Below, piece by piece: positions 51,399 to 61,864 of a DNA stretch of 64,000 bases (position 1 is the stretch's first letter; each line of letters starts with the position of its first letter). The notes under the pieces were generated by a model, which was given only the letters and a program-made list of their open reading frames with translations, did no database searches and was not told where the DNA came from. The DNA comes from an uncultured Muribaculaceae bacterium. GTDB lineage: Bacteria; Bacteroidota; Bacteroidia; Bacteroidales; Muribaculaceae. The position numbers were made by a program, and so were the translations under genes. The stretch lies in contig CAJUKZ010000011.1 of assembly GCA_910586995.1 (NCBI GenBank), forward strand, positions 1,819 to 65,818, given 5' to 3'.

Positions 51399-51928
51399 CG
51401 GACGATTTCTTCAGGTGCTTTGCGGTTTTTTGCAGGAATTTGTGCTGATGGATCAGGATAGCCGACTGGAAAGATTGCCACAGCCTCTATGCCTTCGGGC
51501 AATCCGAGGTATGAGGATAGCTCCATGACGTTGAAGTTGCAGACCCAGCATGATCCGAGCCCGAGGGCAGTGGCGGCCAGTGCCATGTGTTCGCCGGCTA
51601 TGGCCAGGTCAATGTCGGCATGATCCTTGCCGTCGGCTCGCCTCCAGCTTTGCGCGTGATCGGCGCATATCACTATGTATGCGGGCGCGCTCATAATCCA
51701 TTTACGGTCGTAGGCGCGGTATATGGCAGCGCGGTCGTCGTCTCCGCTAAGTACTATGAATTGCCACGGCTGCTTGTTTTTTGCCGATGGTGCGAGACGT
51801 GCGGCTTCGATCACCTGTGAGAGGATCTCTTTGCTCACGTCCTTATTGGTGAATGTGCGGCATGCGTGACGCCCGGCCACAAGCTGCATGAAGTCTTGAT
51901 ATGCTGGTGTTGTTGTATCTGCGCTCAT
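51386..51928 (-). CDS. Nitroreductase family protein
   Basis: RHACRTF, LAPSAKNKQPW, LGLGSCWV, PVGYP. Confidence 0.9.
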   Translation of the reverse strand: MSADTTTPAYQDFMQLVAGRHACRTFTNKDVSKEILSQVIEAARLAPSAKNKQPWQFIVLSGDDDRAAIYRAYDRKWIMSAPAYIVICADHAQSWRRADGKDHADIDLAIAGEHMALAATALGLGSCWVCNFNVMELSSYLGLPEGIEAVAIFPVGYPDPSAQIPAKNRKAPEEIVRWGK

Positions 51929-51945
51929 TGTGAATTCTGTGGGGA

Positions 51946-52908
51946 TTATCCGTTGGTGTTGAGTTCACGGTCTATCTCGTAATTGTTGCGCGACGCGGAA
52001 TTGCGTGCTACAAGCTCGCCTATGAAGCCGGCAAGGAACAGTTGTGTGCCGAGGATCATCAGGGTCAGGGCTATGAAGAAATATGGAGAGTCTGTGACGA
52101 GTATATAGTGGTTGCCTGCATGCATGTTGTACAGTTTCAGCGCGCCTACTATTACAAGCGAGATAAAGCCGAGTATGAACATAAGGCTACCCATCAGACC
52201 AAAGAAGTGCATCGGTTTTTTTCCGAATTTGCTTGTGAACCATAGCGTCATCAGGTCGAGATAACCGTTGACGAAGCGGTCGAGTCCGAATTTTGTCTTT
52301 CCGTATTTGCGTGCCTGATGATGCACCACCTTCTCGCCGATGCGTGTAAATCCTGCGTTTTTGGCGAGATAAGGTATATAACGGTGCATGTCGCCGTATA
52401 CCTCTATATGCTTCACGACGTCGGAACGATATGCTTTGAGTCCGCAGTTGAAGTCATGCAGATTCTTGATTCCGCTGACTTTGCGGGCTGTGGCGTTGAA
52501 TAGTTTTGTGGGTATCGTTTTCGACAGCGGATCGTAGCGTTTCTGCTTCCATCCGGATACGAGATCGTAGCCTTCGGATTTGATCATCCGGTATAGTTCT
52601 GGAATTTCGTCGGGACTGTCCTGAAGATCTGCATCCATTGTGATTACGACATCGCCCTGTGCGCGCATGAAACCGGTGTTCAGGGCCGGCGACTTGCCGT
52701 AGTTCCTGCGGAAACTTACGCCTTTTACGGCGGGATTGCGCTTGGCGAGGTCTTCGATTGTCTTCCACGAGGAGTCTGTTGAGCCGTCGTTGATGAAAAT
52801 GATCTCATAGCTGAAACCGTTTTCCTTCATCACGCGGTCGATCCAGGCTTCCAGTTCTGGAAGGGATTCAGACTCGTTGTATAGGGGGACTATGACGGAA
52901 ATATCCAT
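51946..52908 (-). CDS. GT2 glycosyltransferase (ArnC/polyprenol-phosphate type)
   Basis: IVPLYNE, NDGSTD, RNYGKS, DADLQD, DFNCGLKAY; two C-terminal TM helices. Confidence 0.9.
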   Translation of the reverse strand: MDISVIVPLYNESESLPELEAWIDRVMKENGFSYEIIFINDGSTDSSWKTIEDLAKRNPAVKGVSFRRNYGKSPALNTGFMRAQGDVVITMDADLQDSPDEIPELYRMIKSEGYDLVSGWKQKRYDPLSKTIPTKLFNATARKVSGIKNLHDFNCGLKAYRSDVVKHIEVYGDMHRYIPYLAKNAGFTRIGEKVVHHQARKYGKTKFGLDRFVNGYLDLMTLWFTSKFGKKPMHFFGLMGSLMFILGFISLVIVGALKLYNMHAGNHYILVTDSPYFFIALTLMILGTQLFLAGFIGELVARNSASRNNYEIDRELNTNG

Positions 52909-52936
52909 GACGGTAGGGATGGGATAGAGTTGTTTC

Positions 52937-53494
52937 TTATTTTCCAGTGTTTACGTCGTCAAGACCTGTATGGACCTTGCGGCGGCGCACGATCCAGGTT
53001 ATGAACATCGAGAGAATCGAACCTGTGAATATCCCCATAAGCATCATCTCCACCACTACATAGATCGGGGCTGGAACAAGATGCCGTTCTATCATCAGAT
53101 CAAGTGTGTGGGCCATCTGCTGGGCCTGTGGATCGGCCATAGTGCGGTATAGTCCGGCGGCAGTCTTCACTTGATCGATTACGAAATCAGGCTTTATGAA
53201 GCGCATAAAGATATATGCAATGGCAGCCATGAGCAAAGTTCCGCACACAAATGTGATGATTCCTTGCAACCATAGCTCGGAGAAGCCGCTGAGACCGAAG
53301 TCGCGTACGTAGGAGCGGCGCAGGAAACGGTATATCACCACAGGCACAAGAATCATCAGGGCCAAGGCCGGAATGGCAAGCCACGGAATGTATGGAGAAC
53401 CGCAGACACAGAGAGCCAGGGCACTAAGGTAGCCGCCGAACAGAAATCCGTCGTCTGCGCCTCGTTTGTATACTGATCTATGCTGTGATTCCAT
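52937..53494 (-). CDS. DUF4199-like membrane protein
   Basis: Four hydrophobic segments; directly upstream of the GT2 gene. Confidence 0.6.
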   Translation of the reverse strand: MESQHRSVYKRGADDGFLFGGYLSALALCVCGSPYIPWLAIPALALMILVPVVIYRFLRRSYVRDFGLSGFSELWLQGIITFVCGTLLMAAIAYIFMRFIKPDFVIDQVKTAAGLYRTMADPQAQQMAHTLDLMIERHLVPAPIYVVVEMMLMGIFTGSILSMFITWIVRRRKVHTGLDDVNTGK

Positions 53495-53574
53495 TAACAA
53501 TCTCTTAAATGCGATTGGGTTCGATTCGCAAATTTACAGTAAAAAAATGTAATGGCAAAAAAATAATGCGGGCC

Positions 53575-54396
53575 TTAAAGGGTACATTCTTTGATGAGTG
53601 CGAATGCTTCGTCGCGCGATGCATTGATCAGGGCAGGGACATGTGCGTCGCTGTTGACAACGAATGGTATTCCCAGGCTGATGGCCTTGCGGAGATTGCG
53701 TCGGCAGGGGAAGAAGCGCGAATGGTCTCTGAATGCTTTTGTATTAAGTTCGGCTATAATGCCTGCGTCTGCGATGGCTTGTATCAGTTGGTCGGCAAGT
53801 GCTGTGTACCAGTCCTGATCTTCCACTCCTGGGGCATAGGAGGATGCATTCTGTCCGATCTTATCGAAGTGGCCTATGATGTCGAAGCCGCCATGCCGGA
53901 CCAGCTCTATGGATCGGGAGAAATATTGTTCGACCACATAGCGTATATCGTCGTGGAAGTGGAGGTGCATATTTCGCGCGAAACGTTCGGAATTGCCGTC
54001 TATATCGATCAGCTTGCCCTCGGGAGATGCTATGAAGTGAACCGAACCTATGCGGTAGTCGAGCGGTAGTGTCTGGAAGTAGTCGTGTGCCGGTCCCCAG
54101 TGATGTCCGAGATAGTCGATCTCCATAGAGGTGAGGAATGTAGTTCCGGATGAGGCATATTTCTGCTTCAGTCTGTCGGCTTCGGCAAGGTATGCGTCTA
54201 CAGTCCGCCTGGCCATGTTGCAAGGCGAGTCGAGATTGTCCGGAACAGGCGAGTGTGGCGAGAAGCCGTAGTGGGTGAATCCTTGATAGACCGCTTCTGC
54301 GGCGAAGACTTGCATCTGGGCGCGTCCGTCGCAGAATTCAGTGTGTGAATGCAGGTTATATAGTCGTGATTGTCCTAAAGTCTTTAGTATATCCAT
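53575..54396 (-). CDS. PHP-family histidinol-phosphatase-like protein
   Basis: NLHSHT, SPHSP, MEID, GSVH, GHFD, NSDAH. Confidence 0.85.
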   Translation of the reverse strand: MDILKTLGQSRLYNLHSHTEFCDGRAQMQVFAAEAVYQGFTHYGFSPHSPVPDNLDSPCNMARRTVDAYLAEADRLKQKYASSGTTFLTSMEIDYLGHHWGPAHDYFQTLPLDYRIGSVHFIASPEGKLIDIDGNSERFARNMHLHFHDDIRYVVEQYFSRSIELVRHGGFDIIGHFDKIGQNASSYAPGVEDQDWYTALADQLIQAIADAGIIAELNTKAFRDHSRFFPCRRNLRKAISLGIPFVVNSDAHVPALINASRDEAFALIKECTL

Positions 54397-54424
54397 ATTT
54401 GAGGGATACGTTATGGTCGCTTGT

Positions 54425-55879
54425 TCAATTGTCGGGGGTGGTGTGCGCCTGTAGTCCTGATATCCGGCGCAGGCGATGTCTGAATGGTATGAGCATAGCG
54501 ATGGCTACAGTCGCTCCTGTCGAAATCGATAATGCCCAGGGGAGTCCGAAACCTTCGGAGCGTGGAGCGAAAAGAATATAAGAGACAGAGACCGCAGTCA
54601 TGAATATGGCCGGTAGCAAAGTGATGATATAAGCTTTGCCATGTCTGGCCAGATATACCGTGGCAGCCCATAGGGTGAATACTGCGAGTGTCTGATTGCT
54701 CCATGCGAAGTAGCGCCAAAGCACGTTGAAGTCGATGAGCATTATAAGATAAGTGACCACGAAAACGGGTATTGAGACAGCCAATCGCTTTATCAACGAT
54801 TTTTGGTCGATCTTCATAAAGTCGGCTATGATAAGGCGTGTGCTTCGAAGTGCTGTATCGCCTGTGGTGATAGGAGCTGCGACAACACCGAGGATGGCAA
54901 GTATGCCTCCGGCTGTGCCGAGCCACGACAGCGATATGTCGCTCACAAGAGAGCCTGCACCCGCACCTTCGCGGCTCATGTATGCCGCCAGTTCGTCATA
55001 GCCTCCGGTGAAGGCAATCGCTGCCGCCGCCCAGATCAGGGCCACGAATCCTTCGGCCACCATCGCTCCGTAGAATATCGGGCGAGCAAGGCGTTCGTTG
55101 GTCAGACAGCGCGCCATCATGGGCGACTGTGTGGCATGGAAGCCTGATATAGCACCGCATGCAATGGAGACAAACATCATCGGGAAAACCGGATGCGACT
55201 GGTCAGAGTAGCGGGATGCGAGTCCGTCGGTAAATCCGTCGGGAATGTCAAACCCTCCGAACAGCAGCACGCACAACACTCCTGCCGCCATAAACAACAG
55301 AGCGGCCCCGAAGATGGGATAGAGGTTGCCTATGAGTTTGTCTATCGGCAATAGTGTGGCGAGTATGTAGTAGCCGAAAATTATGTAGATCCATACTCTG
55401 ACATCAAGCGACTCGGGGGTCATTCCGGCTATAAGACCGGCCGGAGTGATGACAAAAACCGCAGCCACAAGCACGAGCAATACTACGGAGAATACACGCA
55501 TCACGTTCAGTATGCTGTGGCCGAGTTCCGTGCCTACAATCTCAGGTAGCGAACGGCCGCCCGAGCGCAGGGATATCATTGCCGATATGAAGTCGTGTAC
55601 AGCTCCGGCGAAGATTGTTCCGAACACTATCCATAGAAATGCGGCAGGGCCGAACATTATTCCCATTATAGCACCGAAGATGGGCCCGAGTCCTGCAATG
55701 TTGAGAAACTGTATCAGGAATACTTTCCAGGCTGGCATAGGGATGAAGTCCACTCCGTCGGCTTTGGCTACCGCAGGGGTAGGGCGATGCGGATCTGTAC
55801 CGAACACACGTTCGGCAATCGCGCCATAGATGAAGTATCCTGCCAGCAGAACGGCAAGTGCTATGATGAAAGATATCAT
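54425..55879 (-). CDS. cstA: Carbon starvation protein A family transporter
   Basis: QFLNIAGLGPIFG, GAVHD, IACGAISGFHATQSP, PITTGDTALR. Confidence 0.9.
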   Translation of the reverse strand: MISFIIALAVLLAGYFIYGAIAERVFGTDPHRPTPAVAKADGVDFIPMPAWKVFLIQFLNIAGLGPIFGAIMGIMFGPAAFLWIVFGTIFAGAVHDFISAMISLRSGGRSLPEIVGTELGHSILNVMRVFSVVLLVLVAAVFVITPAGLIAGMTPESLDVRVWIYIIFGYYILATLLPIDKLIGNLYPIFGAALLFMAAGVLCVLLFGGFDIPDGFTDGLASRYSDQSHPVFPMMFVSIACGAISGFHATQSPMMARCLTNERLARPIFYGAMVAEGFVALIWAAAAIAFTGGYDELAAYMSREGAGAGSLVSDISLSWLGTAGGILAILGVVAAPITTGDTALRSTRLIIADFMKIDQKSLIKRLAVSIPVFVVTYLIMLIDFNVLWRYFAWSNQTLAVFTLWAATVYLARHGKAYIITLLPAIFMTAVSVSYILFAPRSEGFGLPWALSISTGATVAIAMLIPFRHRLRRISGLQAHTTPDN

Positions 55880-55893
55880 TTACGGTATTGAGG

Positions 55894-56862
55894 TCATTGC
55901 GCTTTGTCCGGGCGCACAAGAGTTTCCCGCATGTTGGTGTCGGCTTCTATGTTTTTCATCTTGTAATAGTCCATGATGCCGAGATTACCGTTGATAAATG
56001 CTGAGGCCATTGCACGTGGCAGTTCAGCTTCCGCTTCGATCACTTTTGCACGGGCTTCCTGTGCTTTTGCCTTCATTTCCTGTTCGAGCGCTATAGCCAT
56101 AGCTCTGCGTTCTTCGGCTTTTGCCTGGGCTATGTTCTTGTCGGCCTGGGCCTGATCTATCTGTAGGGCAGCACCGATATTTTTGCCTATGTCTATGTCG
56201 GCAATGTCGATGGACAGGATCTCGAAGGCTGTGCCTGAGTCGAGACCTTTCTTAAGTACAAGCTTGGATATGGAGTCGGGGTTCTCAAGAACCTGCTTGT
56301 GGCTCTCCGATGAACCGATCGAAGACACAATGCCTTCGCCTACTCGGGCGAGTACAGTATCCTCGCCTGCACCACCTACGAGTTGCCTGATGTTGGCGCG
56401 TACGGTGACTCTTGCTTTGGCTATGAGCTGGATGCCGTCTTTTGCCACAGCGGTGACTGGCGGAGTGTCGATCACTTTCGGGTTTACCGACATCTGTACG
56501 GCCTGGAATACGTCGCGTCCTGCAAGGTCTATGGCTGTGGCCATCTTGAAGCCCAGGTCGATATTGGCTTTGGATGCTGAAACAAGAGCATGCACCACTT
56601 TCTCGACATTACCTCCGGCGAGGTAGTGGGCTTCGAGGTCATCGCGGGTCACGTCCTGCAAACCGGCTTTGTGGGCTTCGATCAGGGCCTGAACGATCAC
56701 ATTGGCCGGGACTTTACGTATGCGCATAAGCACGAGCTGGACCAGCGATATGCGTACTCCGGACACACGTGCGGATATCCATAGGAAGATGGGTACGTAG
56801 TAGAGGAAAAGGCAAAGAAAAACTATTGCCAGAACTACTATCGCTATGATTACGATTTCCAT
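55894..56862 (-). CDS. floA: Flotillin-like protein FloA (UPF0365/YqfA)
   Basis: [50 protein letters not shown]. Confidence 0.92.
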   Translation of the reverse strand: MEIVIIAIVVLAIVFLCLFLYYVPIFLWISARVSGVRISLVQLVLMRIRKVPANVIVQALIEAHKAGLQDVTRDDLEAHYLAGGNVEKVVHALVSASKANIDLGFKMATAIDLAGRDVFQAVQMSVNPKVIDTPPVTAVAKDGIQLIAKARVTVRANIRQLVGGAGEDTVLARVGEGIVSSIGSSESHKQVLENPDSISKLVLKKGLDSGTAFEILSIDIADIDIGKNIGAALQIDQAQADKNIAQAKAEERRAMAIALEQEMKAKAQEARAKVIEAEAELPRAMASAFINGNLGIMDYYKMKNIEADTNMRETLVRPDKAQ

Positions 56863-56906
56863 ATATGTGGGATTAATTGGTTAATATTCAATGTGTGTCA
56901 GGACTC

Positions 56907-58328
56907 CTATCGCTCGGCTTCTATCACGGCGTTTGAGGCGCGTACAAGCTCGACGGCTGCATTTGGAAGCTGTTGTTCGAGTCGGCGGATCTCATCGGCC
57001 ACGCCTCTGTTTCCGTCGGAATATGCTTTGCGCAGCAGTGCAAGATGGTGTTTTGCCCGCGTGTATTCTTCAAGTTTTGTAAGGTAGCGGTCCATCAGGC
57101 GTGCAGCTCTGGGAGAGTTGAACTGTTCTAAACTGGTATATATGCCTTTGCCCGGTATAGCCAGCCGGAAAGACGGGGAGGCGTTGTCGTCGGCAGTAGT
57201 GTCGTCGATGGATGCTATCTGCCTACGGATTGAGGCATAGTCCGCACCTGGAGTCCATGTGTCGGCTATTGACCTGAGCATGGCGCGAGAGGCAACGTCC
57301 GGATCATCGGACGGATAATTGCTCCTCATCTCGTTTGGGATGAATATATAGATGGTGACGCTGTCGGGTATTTGGTTGCGGTCCGAGGCCCACCAGCCTG
57401 CGCCTGTCACCTCGTCGATAGCGAGCATGTAATCGTCGTAAGGCGAATTGTAGGGCATTCCGATGTTCTGCGGTTGGAGAAAGCCGTCGTCGCTGCGTCG
57501 GGTCATGAATATGTCGTAGCCACCGATGGAGTTCTCGCCGTCGTTTGCATAATATAACGTTACTCCGTCGGGCATCATAAACGGATAGTTGGCATCACCA
57601 CCATCGTTTAAGTTGTCGCCAAGCGGCGCAGGTGTAGTCACAGTGCCGTCGGCAAGTCTGTCGGCCGACATCAGTATGCTCACGCCGTCGGAATCGGGTG
57701 CTGCCCAGATCAGTTCTATCTCGTTTTCCGGTACATAGACGATAGCTGGATCTACGGTGCGCGTTCTTGCTGGCAATGCAGACCTGTCGGACAGGCGTCC
57801 GGCTTCGGGCGACAGTCTATAGTTCTTGAAGAACGCTTGCCGAGGCACATTTATCGAGTCTATCACGGCAATGCGTTCCACACGGTCAAGCATGTTTCTT
57901 GTTGTGAGCAATCGTGCGTTTATCTCGTCGAGGCGCTCCTGGTCTGGTTTTGCTTTTCTGTTTTTTGACAGGAGCTTGTCGTAGTCGGAAAGATATTGAT
58001 CGGCATCGTCGACTTTGTAGTCTGTGATCGCTATTTCGGCCAAAAGCAGGGCGGCATCCATGCTCCCGCGCGATAAGGCTGTGCGTAGTAACTGCATTCC
58101 CTTCGACTTTTCGCCAAGCTCTACACGGCATGCCCCGGCATAATAATTGAACGATGCGTCGCGTGGCGATTTCTGTAGCAGCGGTGACACTTTGTTCAGG
58201 GCGGCCTGGAAGTCTCCGGCGGCATATAGGCGGCGCACTTCGTCGATGGGTGCAGCTTGTATTTTCAGGCAGCAGGCTATGACAAAGAGGATGCTGAGTA
58301 GTATATTTAGTCTATTACGTACTGACAT
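56907..58328 (-). CDS. Exported TPR + PD40/beta-propeller protein
   Basis: Signal peptide; TPR-like helices; YPFMMPDGVTLYYA, SIGGYDIF, NIGMPYNSP, GWWASDR. Confidence 0.7.
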   Translation of the reverse strand: MSVRNRLNILLSILFVIACCLKIQAAPIDEVRRLYAAGDFQAALNKVSPLLQKSPRDASFNYYAGACRVELGEKSKGMQLLRTALSRGSMDAALLLAEIAITDYKVDDADQYLSDYDKLLSKNRKAKPDQERLDEINARLLTTRNMLDRVERIAVIDSINVPRQAFFKNYRLSPEAGRLSDRSALPARTRTVDPAIVYVPENEIELIWAAPDSDGVSILMSADRLADGTVTTPAPLGDNLNDGGDANYPFMMPDGVTLYYANDGENSIGGYDIFMTRRSDDGFLQPQNIGMPYNSPYDDYMLAIDEVTGAGWWASDRNQIPDSVTIYIFIPNEMRSNYPSDDPDVASRAMLRSIADTWTPGADYASIRRQIASIDDTTADDNASPSFRLAIPGKGIYTSLEQFNSPRAARLMDRYLTKLEEYTRAKHHLALLRKAYSDGNRGVADEIRRLEQQLPNAAVELVRASNAVIEAER

Positions 58329-58423
58329 GACGGGCAATAGTGTTTTAACATCCAAAGTTATACAAATTCTGATTTATGAACAAGAAAACAGTATGTATTT
58401 CAGATAAATTCGCATTTGAGGTG

Positions 58424-58987
58424 CTATAGACTTTTGATGATGCGCGCCGGATTGCCTGCAACGGCGACATTGTCAGGAACATCGCGGGTGACGACCGACC
58501 CTGCACCCACCACAACGTTGTTGCCGATTGTCACACCCGGGAGAATTGTGGCGCTTCCACCGATCCAGACATTATGACCGATAGTGACAGGTTCGGCCCA
58601 TTCGCGCCGTGAATTGCGTTCTGTAGCGTCGAGCGGGTGGCAGGCTGTATATATACTGACGTTAGGACCGATGAACGCATTGTCGCCTATCGTAACTTTG
58701 GCTTCGTCGAGGATAGTGAGGTTGAAGTTGGCGAAGAAATTTTCACCGATGTGTATATTGCTCCCGTAATCACATCTGAACGGTCGGTTGATGTGGAAGT
58801 TTTCACCGCATGAGCCGAGCAGATTTCGGATTATGCTGTTGCCTTCATCTTCAAGCGATGGATTCATAGAGTTGAATTTCCATAGCTTTTCTCTTGTAAG
58901 CCGCAGCATATCCAGCAGACCGGGATGCGTGGCATCATAGATTTCTCCTGAGAGCATTTGCTGCCATACTTGTTCGATGTTATCCAT
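58424..58987 (-). CDS. Sugar O-acetyltransferase (maltose/galactoside type)
   Basis: [33 protein letters not shown]. Confidence 0.9.
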   Translation of the reverse strand: MDNIEQVWQQMLSGEIYDATHPGLLDMLRLTREKLWKFNSMNPSLEDEGNSIIRNLLGSCGENFHINRPFRCDYGSNIHIGENFFANFNLTILDEAKVTIGDNAFIGPNVSIYTACHPLDATERNSRREWAEPVTIGHNVWIGGSATILPGVTIGNNVVVGAGSVVTRDVPDNVAVAGNPARIIKSL

Positions 58988-59069
58988 GTGAATCCTACTG
59001 ATGTCGTTATTATTACAATATCGACAAAATTACAGAAAATCTATGGAAAATATGAGTAATCCTTTATAT

Positions 59070-59819
59070 TTATTGGTTAAGGACAAGTTCGATGTGGCCT
59101 ATCTTCAGATCGGCTGAGAACATAAGCGGCAGTCGGGATGCCTGATCTATCTGGCATGTGACCGGGTAGTTGCTCATCTGTCCGTGGTAGGTGTATTCAA
59201 ATACTACGCTGTATGTCTGGTTGTCGCGGTAGGTATCACGTCCGTGGTATGTGATGGCTACATGCTGTATGTCGCCGTTGGGGAGGGTGATGGGCATATA
59301 CAGTCTGTCGTCAGGCTGCATTGTCGCGAAGTCCAGCATCCTGAATACTTTGAAAAGCGCGAGCATGTCGGCTGTGATTGTTACGGCTTCCATCGTCTCG
59401 CTCGATGCACTCAGGTCTCCGCGGCCATAGATTGTCTGGTAATTGCCGGGATCTGACCTGTCGTAGTTTCCGGAATCCAGTTGTCTGACTTTGGGTTTGC
59501 TGTAGCGCCCGGCCAACGTAATCACTGATTCAGCCAGATTCCGGCCATCGCCAACGACACTGGCACGGATTGTGTCGCTTATGGCATAGACTCGTCCGTG
59601 CCACGGTATGCTTTGGCCATTGAGTGTGGCGAAAATATTGTCGCCCTCGATGTTAATGCTTATATCGGCGTGGCCGGCTGTGACTTTAATGAAGCCAAGA
59701 TGGTATTCGGCATCGTAGCTCAGATCCTGTGCGGAGGATATGCCTGTTGAAAATATTGCGGCCAATATAGCATAAAACAATGATGCGGCCCGGTGTGTGG
59801 TTTTTAAGTTGGTGCTCAT
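59070..59819 (-). CDS. Exported protein, divergent DUF3108-like
   Basis: Signal peptide; LSYDAEYHLG, DML...FR, RLPL...LKIG resemble the 40154-40933 protein. Confidence 0.5.
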   Translation of the reverse strand: MSTNLKTTHRAASLFYAILAAIFSTGISSAQDLSYDAEYHLGFIKVTAGHADISINIEGDNIFATLNGQSIPWHGRVYAISDTIRASVVGDGRNLAESVITLAGRYSKPKVRQLDSGNYDRSDPGNYQTIYGRGDLSASSETMEAVTITADMLALFKVFRMLDFATMQPDDRLYMPITLPNGDIQHVAITYHGRDTYRDNQTYSVVFEYTYHGQMSNYPVTCQIDQASRLPLMFSADLKIGHIELVLNQ

Positions 59820-59992
59820 GGCTAAGTATTATAATGATAAAATAACAATCGGTTGCTGTATAATGTTGGGAAATAGGTTTTTGTTATGCATTTCTGGTGA
59901 AAAATAGTTATATGAGGCTCCGGTAGGATTGAGAGTTGCCGGAAATTTAGTATTTTTACGGCCAGGAAGAATAAAACAAAATAAATTTAAGA

Positions 59993-61756
59993 ATGAGAAT
60001 ATTATCAACTGTTCTGCTGATGGCTTCGGCCACAGTGAGTGTGTTTCCCGCCGTTGGAGCGGAGAGGTATGTTGAGCCGGTAGATACGGCGACAGTCGAT
60101 TGCAGTGGATGGGACCGGTTTGTTGCCCCTCTGGAGTTTACATGGGCTTCCAAGGATGTGCATTACCGGCAATTTCAAACTCCGGATGTCATGCCTTTGG
60201 CTGTGGCCGACACCACAGTATCGGCCTGGCGCGGGGAGCGTATCGGCTTGGAAGCGCTGCTCGTGGCTACGGAGGCTGCCGGACCGCTAAAGGTGAAGCT
60301 GTCGGAGATTACAAAGAATGGACGCAGACTCGCGTCCACAGATGCATCATATGCAGCTTTCATGCGTTATGTGATTACTACGGCATATAATACATGTGGT
60401 TATCCCGACGCTAATCTGCCGACTTACACTGTTCCCGATATGATAGATCTTCCGGGGGCTGAGGTGGAAATGGCGGCGCGTTCGGTGCGTCCCGTATGGT
60501 GCTCAGTGGAAGTGCCTCGGGATGCAGATCCGGGAGTCTATAGCGGTCGGCTTAGTGTGACTGACGCTTCCGGTCGTGAAGTGGCTGCCTTGCGGTTGAA
60601 TGTGGACGTGAACGCGCACACCCTTCCCGAGCCGAAGGATTATGCGTTTGTACTGGACATGTGGCAGCAACCATATTCAGTGTCGCGGTACTATGGTGTC
60701 GAGCCTTGGAGTGATGAACATTTCAGCTATCTTGCGCCGTATGCCGATATGCTTGCCCGTGCCGGACAGAAAAACGTGTCGGTGATCCTGTTCTACGAAC
60801 CCTGGGGAGAGCAGAGCAACGACAAGTTTGAACCTATGGTGGAGACTGTAAGAAAAAAAGACGGTTCATGGAGCTATGACTACACCGTAATGGACCGCTA
60901 TGTGGAATTTATGGCCGATCACGGGGTAGACGCCGGTATAAGCTGCTTTACAATGATACCTTGGGACATGCAGTTCAGATATTTCGACGAGACTACCGGT
61001 AAATACGAATTTTTAAAGACCAAGACATCCGCTCCTGAATATGAGGCTCTGTGGACTGATTTTCTCCAGAATCTGGCAGCTCATCTGAAATCTAAGGGCT
61101 GGTATGATAAAAGCATGATAGTAATGGACGAACGCGGACTGTCCGACATGCTCGACGCCTATAGAGTGGCCAAGGCTGCTGTGCCGGACATCAAGATGTC
61201 GCTCGCCGGCAATTATCATGATGAACTTGTGAATGATCTTGAGAGCTATACAGTGATAAAGGGAGATTTCTTCCCTGAAGATGTGTTAAGCAGCCGCAGG
61301 GATAAAGGATTTACTTCGTTGATGTACACCTGCTGTGCCACACCTGCTCCAAGTCAGTTCTCCAACAGTGCGCCTGCCGATGGCGCATATCTGCCGGTTT
61401 ATTCCACGGCCACCGGATTCGACGGATATTTGCACTGGTCGTTTACCAACTGGACTGATAATCCGATGACAGATACCCGCTTCCACATGTTTGCACCCGG
61501 AGATACGTATTTCGTGTATCCTGACGGGCGCAGTTCGATACGCTACGAGCGTATGCTTGAAGGTGTGCAGATGAGTGAGAAGTTGCAGATTCTGCGCGAT
61601 GAGTTCCGCAAGGCTGGAGATATTGCATCCCTTGAGGCACTTGAGGAGGCTCTGATACCGATCCGCAGCGGTGCTATGACTGCATATTATCCTACTTCGA
61701 AAGTTGTAAATCTCTTGCAGAAAGCAATAGAGAAGCTTAGTATGGGAGGCAAGTAG
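59993..61756 (+). CDS. DUF4091 / GH123-like glycoside hydrolase
   Basis: Signal peptide; AWRGER, LDMWQQPY, MDER (DE pair), DGYLHW, GDTYFVYP, SSIRYERMLEG. Confidence 0.7.
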   Translation: MRILSTVLLMASATVSVFPAVGAERYVEPVDTATVDCSGWDRFVAPLEFTWASKDVHYRQFQTPDVMPLAVADTTVSAWRGERIGLEALLVATEAAGPLKVKLSEITKNGRRLASTDASYAAFMRYVITTAYNTCGYPDANLPTYTVPDMIDLPGAEVEMAARSVRPVWCSVEVPRDADPGVYSGRLSVTDASGREVAALRLNVDVNAHTLPEPKDYAFVLDMWQQPYSVSRYYGVEPWSDEHFSYLAPYADMLARAGQKNVSVILFYEPWGEQSNDKFEPMVETVRKKDGSWSYDYTVMDRYVEFMADHGVDAGISCFTMIPWDMQFRYFDETTGKYEFLKTKTSAPEYEALWTDFLQNLAAHLKSKGWYDKSMIVMDERGLSDMLDAYRVAKAAVPDIKMSLAGNYHDELVNDLESYTVIKGDFFPEDVLSSRRDKGFTSLMYTCCATPAPSQFSNSAPADGAYLPVYSTATGFDGYLHWSFTNWTDNPMTDTRFHMFAPGDTYFVYPDGRSSIRYERMLEGVQMSEKLQILRDEFRKAGDIASLEALEEALIPIRSGAMTAYYPTSKVVNLLQKAIEKLSMGGK

Positions 61757-61787
61757 CAGGTGCTATCTGATAGCCAAGGTACATAAG

Positions 61788-61841
61788 AACTAAAGCCGCC
61801 GGCAAGGATTCATTCCCCTTGCCGGCGGCTTTAGTTTTTTT
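61788..61841 (+). terminator. Intrinsic terminator (likely bidirectional)
   Basis: Perfect 20-bp stem AACTAAAGCCGCCGGCAAGG / CCTTGCCGGCGGCTTTAGTT plus T-tract. Confidence 0.9.
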
Positions 61842-61864
61842 ATGTCATGGATTTATTGCCTGTA

